Part shown: positions 9,974 to 17,077 of the stretch, piece by piece | Position numbering within the stretch: position 1 is the stretch's first letter | Layout: every line of letters begins with the position of its first letter | DNA from: a virus | Taxonomy: Duplodnaviria > Caudoviricetes | DNA: 40,768 nt | Direction: 5' to 3' (one strand) | IMG/VR virus record: IMGVR_UViG_3300024253_000039 | Coordinates: 1 to 40,768 of that record | Program-made: the position numbers and the translations under genes | The notes under the pieces: model-generated | Told to the model about the DNA's origin: nothing | Seen by the model: the letters and a program-made list of their open reading frames with translations, nothing else | The model's database searches: none

Positions 9974-10302
9974 AATCTGTTATGTAATTGACCTTTATCG
10001 AATTTCAATACAACGCCTTGTATGCGTACATCAGAACCATTCTCATCATCAGCAACAAAAATATTTGTACCAACTTCAATCTTTGGTGAATCTTTTGGAA
10101 GCTGTATCAAAGAAGTAAAAATGTGAAATGTTCCGCCTGCAACCTGTATTTCAGCGCCTCTACCGTTCGTTTCTTCACGACAAGCAGAAATAAATTCTGT
10201 TATCGTTTCCGAATCAGTCCAATTTCCTTCATCATCTTGGACGGATTCACCGCCAGCGACAATTGCGAACAAGTAGTGTGGATATTGCTTAATCATTACC
10301 AA
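9964..10302 (-). CDS. Putative head-closure protein
   Basis: 112 aa, beta-rich, 'QDDEGNW' motif; follows the adaptor gene. Confidence 0.6.
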   Translation of the reverse strand: MVMIKQYPHYLFAIVAGGESVQDDEGNWTDSETITEFISACREETNGRGAEIQVAGGTFHIFTSLIQLPKDSPKIEVGTNIFVADDENGSDVRIQGVVLKFDKGQLHNRLWV

Positions 10303-10613
10303 AAATTTGACCGGTTACGAACTTTCGGGCGACCAACCAAAACATTTTCAAGACCTAATTCATCGCACAAGGCATTATAATACAGCTTCACGGCTTCCAT
10401 ATTCCAAGAAACGGAATACCCTCCCTCTGAAACGTTTTGCGTTGCCCCTTTCAGGACAATAGACATGCGGTTGTACACCGCTTTGTCGCAAGATTGGACA
10501 TCAACAACGCTTTCACCGCTAATTCCGCTTTTCAAAAGAATAATATCTATATCATCCTCCGAAAGATTCAACCCGTTCAATGATTTGGTCAAATATTCTT
10601 TGTTTGTCATCAC
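10296..10613 (-). CDS. Putative head-tail adaptor protein
   Basis: 105 aa, helical, 'NVSEGGYSVSW' motif; first gene after the major capsid gene. Confidence 0.65.
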   Translation of the reverse strand: MMTNKEYLTKSLNGLNLSEDDIDIILLKSGISGESVVDVQSCDKAVYNRMSIVLKGATQNVSEGGYSVSWNMEAVKLYYNALCDELGLENVLVGRPKVRNRSNFW

Positions 10614-10629
10614 ACACGCCTATTAATTA

Positions 10630-10654
10630 CGGATGACGTTTACCACGTCATCCG
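10630..10654 (-). terminator. Stem-loop after the major capsid gene (attenuator or mRNA stabiliser)
   Basis: Perfect 10-bp inverted repeat CGGATGACGT-TTACC-ACGTCATCCG; only a weak AU tail. Confidence 0.55.
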
Positions 10655-10659
10655 GTAAT

Positions 10660-11760
10660 TTAGTTTTTATTCCAAGAAGTTGCGTCCACCTGCATAAGCA
10701 CGGAACGACCAGCCAAATTCCAAGCCGGGAAAAGATTTGCAATACCTTCTGTTACCTCTTTTACGGGGCTTTCTTCAGAGTATTTTTTGATCAACGTGTG
10801 CCCATTAAGAGCCTTGACAGCCGCACTTCCTTCGAGCTTCAAATCAATCGGCCTTTTCCAGTACGTATTTCCGAGAATCTTGCTTTCAGAGAAAAGAATT
10901 ACGTTTTCCTCGAAAGGATTAGCAGTTGTACGACTTCCGTCTGCAAGCTCAAGAGTAATATCTTGATCGATCACAACGATTTGGAGCCCTCTGAAAATCT
11001 GGCTTTGTTTACTCAAGTATGCGTTTACCGTTTCCAAGTTTGGAGCATCTTGTGTGTTTGCGACGTTCTGAACAAAAGAAGCGCAACGTTTGTACACTTC
11101 TTCCTGATTTGCAAATGTGGTGAACGTATCGAGGCTCATAAGAGCGAACTTGTAGTTTGCCCCTATAGATTTACCGATTCTCAGAGCTGCCGGAAAGTCC
11201 TTAGTGAAAGGTTTTCCTGCCGTACCGGCTGTGTATGAAGTATCAACACCAATTTTCTGCGAACCAGGAATTTGATAATCCACATCGTATTCAGTTACGA
11301 TAGCGGCATTATTTGAGTTGGTGAATTTCACTTTACCCAATGAAATTTGCTTCAAAGCAATCCATTCGGCACGTGCGGCCACGCCATCCCAGCAATACTT
11401 TGTATCTTCAGCCCAAAATTCGACCAAAGCTTTCAAGTCTGGATTATTCCCAGACATTGCAACCATGATGTCATATTCGGTCAATTCGTCTTCCAATTTC
11501 TCTCGAGAAATTGAAATTTTCGGAATATCGCCCTGAATTCGGCTGATAGCTTCTCGAGTTTTTCTCGGAATTGTTGCACCCCTTGATACCAAGTCGGCTG
11601 CTATTTTTAAACCGGCTTGAGCTTCCAACATTTTCCATGTCAGAAAATTAGTTTCTTTCAACGGGAAAAGGGTTGGATAATAGAAGTCTTTCAGATCGTA
11701 TGTCCGTACAACAGCTTCCATATCTTTTTCATTCAACCCTATCATTAACGATTTCTGCAT
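10660..11760 (-). CDS. Major capsid protein (lambda gpE-like family)
   Basis: 366 aa; 'AADLVS', 'GDIPKISISR', 'ARAEW...LSLG-like', 'VDYQIP'; follows the scaffold and decoration genes. Confidence 0.9.
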   Translation of the reverse strand: MQKSLMIGLNEKDMEAVVRTYDLKDFYYPTLFPLKETNFLTWKMLEAQAGLKIAADLVSRGATIPRKTREAISRIQGDIPKISISREKLEDELTEYDIMVAMSGNNPDLKALVEFWAEDTKYCWDGVAARAEWIALKQISLGKVKFTNSNNAAIVTEYDVDYQIPGSQKIGVDTSYTAGTAGKPFTKDFPAALRIGKSIGANYKFALMSLDTFTTFANQEEVYKRCASFVQNVANTQDAPNLETVNAYLSKQSQIFRGLQIVVIDQDITLELADGSRTTANPFEENVILFSESKILGNTYWKRPIDLKLEGSAAVKALNGHTLIKKYSEESPVKEVTEGIANLFPAWNLAGRSVLMQVDATSWNKN

Positions 11761-11781
11761 AATTATTTATTTTTTAAGGGG

Positions 11782-12348
11782 TTAAACATAAATTACACCT
11801 TTCAGTGCAGTTTTTATTGCTTCGGTAACTGCAGGTGCATTTGCTTCTTTTAATACTCCGATAACCCAAGCAGAAACAAACAGATTGTTTCCTTCTTCAA
11901 CATCTTCTGTCGATCCTGCAAAGGCTGATGGCGTAACCGACAATGTCTTGTTAGAACCTGTGGTTTGATATGCAACCGTTCCTGCTGTAATAGCAACACC
12001 AAGCGTTGTTCCTACGGTGATAACATCTTTTGTTGCATTCGTTTTATCAATTGCGGTAATCGCCTGTCCATTTGCAGTTCCTGCTGCAAAATAATCGCCT
12101 ACTTTGAAATGGTGCCCTTTCGCAACCTCATAAGTTGTTGCTGTATTGGTTGCATCGGTAATGATTTTAGCCGTTTTCACAACCTTATATAAACCATTTG
12201 CCCCAACACCAATCGGTGTGCCCTCAAACAGAACATTGCCTCCCAATTCGGCAACCGATACGGTTACCCCTCCCGGAATATCGGCAATTCGATGAAGCAC
12301 ACATTTAGTGACCCGATTGTCACTTTGTCTTTTTATTGTAAGTGCCAT
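11782..12348 (-). CDS. Head decoration / cement protein
   Basis: 'DIPGGVTV...EGTPIG' Thr/Gly/Ala-rich protein between the scaffold and capsid genes. Confidence 0.7.
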   Translation of the reverse strand: MALTIKRQSDNRVTKCVLHRIADIPGGVTVSVAELGGNVLFEGTPIGVGANGLYKVVKTAKIITDATNTATTYEVAKGHHFKVGDYFAAGTANGQAITAIDKTNATKDVITVGTTLGVAITAGTVAYQTTGSNKTLSVTPSAFAGSTEDVEEGNNLFVSAWVIGVLKEANAPAVTEAIKTALKGVIYV

Positions 12349-12367
12349 ATTAATTTTGTTTTAAAAA

Positions 12368-13072
12368 TTAAACTTCTTTTCCCGAAAGTTCATTGCTTTC
12401 GGTTTTTTTGCTTTCCACATAGTCTGCCACACCTTTTGAAATACCGGCTTCCGTCTTTTGCGCGAAAATGGGCTTTCCGTGACTGCCTAATGCTGCATTA
12501 GCCATGTTTTGATTTGCCATTGAAATTGCAGTTTCCTTTTCAGTCAAGTATTCAGTAAACGCTTCGTCCGAATCAAACTGCATGCGCTGAAAATCTTTCA
12601 GGGTTTGTGCTCTAAAATTATCATCTTTGCACGCAGCAAGTTTTTCGTTCAAAGTCTGAAGCCTCGTTTTTGCAATATCGCCTGCTTTATACTTTTCCAA
12701 TTCCGTTTGTAGCGGCTTTACGGCTTCCGATATTGCATTCTTTATCATTGTTGCAATATCCGGCGTGTCGTAGCCATTTTTTGTCTCCTGTTCAACCAAT
12801 CCGGGTTCTTGTGTTTTCTTTTCGACAAGGTCAAACTTCTTTTTCAAGTTCATTTCAAAGGTTTTATTGCCTTCAGAAACCTCTTTGTCCACTTCTGCGC
12901 GATATTCCTTTACGAAATTATCAACCTGTTCTTTGGTTAATTTTTCAATAATGGTTTTCGCTTCATCTTCGGTTGTAGCCTGTAACGCAAGAGAGCGTGC
13001 CAGGTGGTTTAAACCGTCTTTGCGCACGCCTGGATACGTTGACGACAGTAGTGCGAGAATTTTTTCTTTCAT
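12368..13072 (-). CDS. Putative capsid scaffolding protein
   Basis: Charged helical 234-aa protein; first gene of the capsid operon. Confidence 0.7.
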   Translation of the reverse strand: MKEKILALLSSTYPGVRKDGLNHLARSLALQATTEDEAKTIIEKLTKEQVDNFVKEYRAEVDKEVSEGNKTFEMNLKKKFDLVEKKTQEPGLVEQETKNGYDTPDIATMIKNAISEAVKPLQTELEKYKAGDIAKTRLQTLNEKLAACKDDNFRAQTLKDFQRMQFDSDEAFTEYLTEKETAISMANQNMANAALGSHGKPIFAQKTEAGISKGVADYVESKKTESNELSGKEV

Positions 13073-13107
13073 TTCAATGTTTTTAAAATTTACAAATCAA
13101 TACAAAA

Positions 13108-13136
13108 CAAAAATAATATGTATTATAGTAATACAT
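13108..13136 (-). promoter_or_regulatory. Capsid-operon promoter: -7 box plus adjacent palindrome
   Basis: Minus-strand TATTTTTG (TAnnTTTG) at 13108..13115; ATGTATTA-TAG-TAATACAT at 13118..13136 immediately upstream; no TTTG at the -33 spacing. Confidence 0.65.
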
Positions 13137-13220
13137 TATATTTTTAATACATACTTATTCTTTTGTTATTCACATTTTGCATTGCAATGGCATTTTTTTT
13201 CTTATTTTTTTTGTTGTAAT

Positions 13221-13273
13221 GATTGTTTTATTAAATAAAATGTATATCTTTGTAGTGTATTACTATAATACAC
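13221..13273 (+). promoter_or_regulatory. Island promoter 1: -7 box with the palindrome over the predicted start site
   Basis: TATCTTTG at 13245..13252; GTGTATTA-CTA-TAATACAC at 13255..13273; 13221..13254 matches 15112..15145 at 28/34 positions. Confidence 0.65.
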
Positions 13274-13290
13274 AATGAAAACTTAGAGAT

Positions 13291-13572
13291 ATGGCAACAA
13301 TAATTAAAAAGTGGGATGGTCTTACAGGAAAATATAAAGATGTTATTGTAGGTGATGGATTTTACACGACACTGAATGGGGACAAATTATTTAGAATTGA
13401 AACAAAAGGAAGAACCGGAAAAACCCTTTATTCCAATAGTTTCTATTTAAATAAAGGCAAAGAAAATCCGGTTTATGGCATGAATGGTTCAACAGGACAC
13501 GGATGGGGTGGAAAAATTATAGGATACGCCACTGAATCCGAAATTTTTTCATCATCATTGAAAATCAAATAA
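13291..13572 (+). CDS. Hypothetical protein (93 aa), first gene of the inverted accessory island
   Basis: ATG start after a promoter; natural-looking sequence; no competing gene on the opposite strand. Confidence 0.7.
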   Translation: MATIIKKWDGLTGKYKDVIVGDGFYTTLNGDKLFRIETKGRTGKTLYSNSFYLNKGKENPVYGMNGSTGHGWGGKIIGYATESEIFSSSLKIK

Positions 13573-13595
13573 TAGTTACAAAAAACTACAACATT

Positions 13596-13925
13596 ATGAC
13601 AAAGGATTACATTACCCCAACGAAAGACAATCCTGTTTTCATATCACAAAACATGTATTCTGGATATATTATTGATTCAGAATATAAGGATTGGGAAAGT
13701 AAGAACGAACAATATTGGGTATGTGGAGAAACAACGGCATTGACTTTAACCGATGCAATAGAAGCGATTCACAAGCACATTCAAAATTGTAAAGAATACA
13801 TCAATCCGGATACGAAGTTTGATGTATATATGCTTGATGGTACTTGCGACAAATACGGCGAACCAATCAGAACAAAATGTTATTCAATCTCGATGAAACA
13901 GGCAAAAAAATTCAAACTTATATAA
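13596..13925 (+). CDS. Hypothetical protein (109 aa)
   Basis: A-rich leader, operon spacing, no recognisable motif. Confidence 0.7.
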   Translation: MTKDYITPTKDNPVFISQNMYSGYIIDSEYKDWESKNEQYWVCGETTALTLTDAIEAIHKHIQNCKEYINPDTKFDVYMLDGTCDKYGEPIRTKCYSISMKQAKKFKLI

Positions 13926-14019
13926 TAGATGAAGGCAATTCTAAAACACTAAAATAAGAATAAAGAAATAGTATCAACCGGTGGTGGTGCCAATGCCACC
14001 CCACAAAACATTCGCAACA

Positions 14020-14922
14020 ATGGAACGAGTATCATTACAAGAATTCAGGCAACTTGCTTACCGGGCTTTTTATTGGACTTCATTCGACCCGGAAAAAAGG
14101 GGTGAAAGAACATTGCAAGAACATGAAGACCAATTGAACGATGATTTGCAAAACATGCCAGAATCGGAAACCGAGATGTACATTCGGAATTACAAGAAAT
14201 ATTTCTCCGAATGGTTGTCGGCACATTCGAATTGCGCAAGTTCCGCAATTGCCGGTGGTTCTGGCTTCAATGTAGGTAGAGCAGAAAAGGCTAATAATCG
14301 GCAACATGCAAAGTATGAACAATTCATCAAATGGCGCGAAAAGGCTTTGAAAGCAATTGCCCGCAAGATTGAGGAAAGCAAACCGGATGAACAAAAGCGG
14401 AATGAACAATGGGAACGCTTGGAAAATGCAATCCTTGAATCAGCAGCCGTCATCCACGGTTTGAACACCGGCACTGAAATGGGGTACAACAAGTCTTTAT
14501 TTGTTTCTTCCATTTACGGCAATGTCGAAACATACGCAAAGCGTGGTGATGTTGAAATGGTTGAAAAGGCAATCAACTGCATTCGACATTTCAATGAAAC
14601 AATGGGTGTCGTAATCACCGAAAGACACAAGTTTTTCAAGCTTCTTGAAGTAGCTGAAGCAAACAAGGAACGTAATACCGACAATCAAAATCGTGAAAAT
14701 AACGAATTCCCATTTCAAGGTGGAAAAATTATTCAAAATTGGGCTGAAGATCGCTTACAAATATTGTTCGATGAAAAACCAAGCCGTGAAATAATCGACT
14801 TGCTCAAAAAGAACGCCTTTAGATGGTCACCGAGATTTGGAGTATGGCAACGTAAAAACACCAATAATGCGGTTTTTGCGGTAAAAAAGATATTGGAAGA
14901 ACTAAAATTAAATAATGCTTAA
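14020..14922 (+). CDS. Conserved mobile-element protein resembling DUF3560/polyvalent-protein domains (300 aa)
   Basis: Likely start MERVSL at 14020; 'SFDPEKRG', 'SSAIAGGSGFN', 'EDRLQILFDEKP...LKKNAFRWSPRFGVWQR'. Family name is from recall and unverified. Confidence 0.6.
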   Translation: MERVSLQEFRQLAYRAFYWTSFDPEKRGERTLQEHEDQLNDDLQNMPESETEMYIRNYKKYFSEWLSAHSNCASSAIAGGSGFNVGRAEKANNRQHAKYEQFIKWREKALKAIARKIEESKPDEQKRNEQWERLENAILESAAVIHGLNTGTEMGYNKSLFVSSIYGNVETYAKRGDVEMVEKAINCIRHFNETMGVVITERHKFFKLLEVAEANKERNTDNQNRENNEFPFQGGKIIQNWAEDRLQILFDEKPSREIIDLLKKNAFRWSPRFGVWQRKNTNNAVFAVKKILEELKLNNA

Positions 14923-15113
14923 TGGACCTATTTACATCCCAACCGATGAAACCGATTCTTCATGTTGCAACCAACACTGTTTGCCTATTGAAGTCGGTGG
15001 AGTGGTATAATGGCGAATTGTCATACAATTTGCTTGTTCCGCAAAAAGACGAAAAAGGAGTTTTGCATTTTTGCAATGCCACTTATTCTGAACGTGAAAT
15101 TGAGCCAATTTGA
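14922..15113 (+). CDS. Hypothetical protein (63 aa)
   Basis: TAATG stop/start coupling with the upstream gene. Confidence 0.6.
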   Translation: MDLFTSQPMKPILHVATNTVCLLKSVEWYNGELSYNLLVPQKDEKGVLHFCNATYSEREIEPI

Positions 15114-15145
15114 TTATTATATTAAATAAAACAGCTATCTTTGTA
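15112..15145 (+). promoter_or_regulatory. Island promoter 2, upstream of the ARH operon; near-duplicate of 13221..13254
   Basis: GATTATTATATTAAATAAAACAGCTATCTTTGTA with TATCTTTG at 15136..15143; the ATG at 15145 follows almost immediately. Confidence 0.55.
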
Positions 15146-15720
15146 TGGAAAAGGAATTTGATTTTGAAGCATTGGCAACCCAATACGGATTGTCAATCGA
15201 ATTCGTGAAAGAACTTCACGATAAGGTGGTGGACAAGGAAAACTTCGAACGCGCCTTGCGCATGTTCAATGATGGCACGCTGAAATATGAAATCGCCACC
15301 GGGAAAGACCAGATCAACGTTGCCGAAATTCGTAAAGAAGTGGCGTCAAACTTTCGGGAGATGCGCGAACATATCCGGGAACAAATGGAACATCACCGCA
15401 AAATTGTTGAATATTACAATGGATGCAAGGCGTTGAAGTATCCAATAAAGCCAAAAAACGGCGTTCAGGACATTGTTTTTGTCAAAGATGGACATTTGGT
15501 CGCCTTTGCGCATTTTGAACCAAAACAGGGCGGTGTTTACGCCGCAAACAATGAAGTGATGCCAAACTTTCGATGGAATCCGCACGAACATTTGGCGCGG
15601 TTGCGAAAGATGAACAAAGCTTTTTACCGTGAAGTGAAGAAAGCGGCTTTTGCCGATGATAAAAAACTATTTGATTTCAACATACCAAATGGCAATATAC
15701 AGAACGCAAATAAAGAATAA
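15145..15720 (+). CDS. Hypothetical protein (191 aa)
   Basis: Natural charged helical N-terminus and alpha/beta C-terminus; overlaps the next gene. Confidence 0.75.
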   Translation: MEKEFDFEALATQYGLSIEFVKELHDKVVDKENFERALRMFNDGTLKYEIATGKDQINVAEIRKEVASNFREMREHIREQMEHHRKIVEYYNGCKALKYPIKPKNGVQDIVFVKDGHLVAFAHFEPKQGGVYAANNEVMPNFRWNPHEHLARLRKMNKAFYREVKKAAFADDKKLFDFNIPNGNIQNANKE

Positions 15721-15985
15721 TTCGCGCAAAAAAACTGTTAGCGGAAATACCGTTTACCACGTCAAACTTGGCGATGACGAAAACTATTATTTCGGATCAA
15801 TAGCCGCTATATTCGATAAATTTACACCTGAAACATTGGGTGTTTCAAAGTCAAGGCTTTGGTCTTTCGGCATTACGCACGAACGACCTTACCGGAATAA
15901 GGTTTGCACCATATACAAGGGTGAAATACGTAGGAAAAAGGGAAACCGTAAAAATTCAAATTATGATAGGGGCGATAATAGGTGA
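15689..15985 (+). CDS. Small basic hypothetical protein (98 aa), possibly nucleic-acid binding
   Basis: Likely start MAIYRTQ at 15689; 'YYFGSIAAIF...LGVSKSRLW' and a K/R-rich tail; overlaps both neighbours. Confidence 0.65.
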   Translation: MAIYRTQIKNNSRKKTVSGNTVYHVKLGDDENYYFGSIAAIFDKFTPETLGVSKSRLWSFGITHERPYRNKVCTIYKGEIRRKKGNRKNSNYDRGDNR

Positions 15986-16736
15986 TATTGTTGGTTCACG
16001 CTTTGAGTTCAAGAACCATTTAAGTACGGAATTTCAATTGTTCGCAAAAGATTGTTCTTTTACGGATGATACCGTTTGCACCGTGGCGGTCGCCGATGCC
16101 TTATTGAAGCACATACCATTTGAACAATCCTTTCGGTATTGGTGTTTGAAGTACCCAACACCAAAGGGTGGTTATGGCAGTTCTTTTTCCATGTGGCTGC
16201 ATTCACCAAACCCTATGCCTTATTACAGTTTTGGCAACGGTTCGGCAATGCGTGTGTCACCTTGCGCCTGGTTTTACGACAATAGGGAATTAACATTGAA
16301 TAGTGCCCGCCAATCTGCGGAATGTACACACAGCCATCCAGAAGGGATACGCGGAGCAATGTGTGTGGCCGATTGCATTTACCATGCTCGTTTTGGAAGT
16401 CAAAAGCATGAAATAAAAGAATTGGCAATAAACGAATATGGTTACAACGTCGATATGACTTGCGATTCAATACGCAAAAACAACACGTTCAACGAAACAT
16501 GCCAAGTTACCGTTCCGCAAGCTATTGTTGCATTCCTTGAAAGTACCGATTTTGAAAGCGCAATCCGACTGGCTGTTTCCATCGGTGGTGATAGTGATAC
16601 TATTGCCGCAATAACCGGTAGCATTGCTGAAGCGTTTTATGGTGTTCCGGAACATATCGAATCGGCTGGTTTGGGCTATTTGCCCGACGAATTTATAGAA
16701 ATATTGTCTAACTTCAATAACAAAAAACGGATATGA
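15963..16736 (+). CDS. ADP-ribosylglycohydrolase (DraG/ARH family, 257 aa)
   Basis: Start MIGAIIGDIVGS at 15963; family motifs 'GAIIGD', 'FTDDT', 'GNGSAMR', 'THSHP' and 'GGDSDT' with intact metal-binding Asp/Thr residues. Confidence 0.95.
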   Translation: MIGAIIGDIVGSRFEFKNHLSTEFQLFAKDCSFTDDTVCTVAVADALLKHIPFEQSFRYWCLKYPTPKGGYGSSFSMWLHSPNPMPYYSFGNGSAMRVSPCAWFYDNRELTLNSARQSAECTHSHPEGIRGAMCVADCIYHARFGSQKHEIKELAINEYGYNVDMTCDSIRKNNTFNETCQVTVPQAIVAFLESTDFESAIRLAVSIGGDSDTIAAITGSIAEAFYGVPEHIESAGLGYLPDEFIEILSNFNNKKRI

Positions 16737-17077
16737 AAGATTTTAGTATGTACCGGTATTTCAAAGGGGAAAAGGAAAATCCCTTTGACAAAGAAAAGCA
16801 AAACAATGAATATATGTTTTGGTTTTACGAATCCACATTTGATAAAGATTTTACCGAAAGGGAAACATCCGAATGGTTTGATTTCTTCAGTAATTACGGC
16901 ATGGGTGATGCCTTTATGGAAATAATATCGGAAGCCGATTATGACAAACCAACCGACAAAACAAAAGAACAGATATTTGAACTTTGGCTTAAATACTTGT
17001 TTTCTAAAAAATTATATGGTGAATACGGTGGCGATAATTGGTACAGGGATGCTTATTTTGCCGCTATTGTCCGATAA
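16733..17077 (+). CDS. Acidic/aromatic hypothetical protein (114 aa) coupled to the ARH gene; candidate immunity partner
   Basis: ATGA overlap with ARH; 'YRYFKGEKENPF' N-terminus; 3' end overlaps the MuF-ART 3' end by 14 bp. Confidence 0.75.
   Translation: MKDFSMYRYFKGEKENPFDKEKQNNEYMFWFYESTFDKDFTERETSEWFDFFSNYGMGDAFMEIISEADYDKPTDKTKEQIFELWLKYLFSKKLYGEYGGDNWYRDAYFAAIVR

Noticed and set aside
4519-12951. Many + strand ORFs antisense to tail and head genes
   Set aside because: Shadow ORFs of well-supported structural genes, with no motifs.
13275-13286. Mini-ORF ATG AAA ACT TAG upstream of 13291
   Set aside because: Three codons in AT-rich DNA; expected by chance.
15840-15962. N-terminal extension of ARH in the track (298 aa), which could look like a Tri1-type extension
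   Set aside because: It starts at a non-ATG codon inside the 98-aa gene; the family N-terminus MIGAIIGD begins at ATG 15963.
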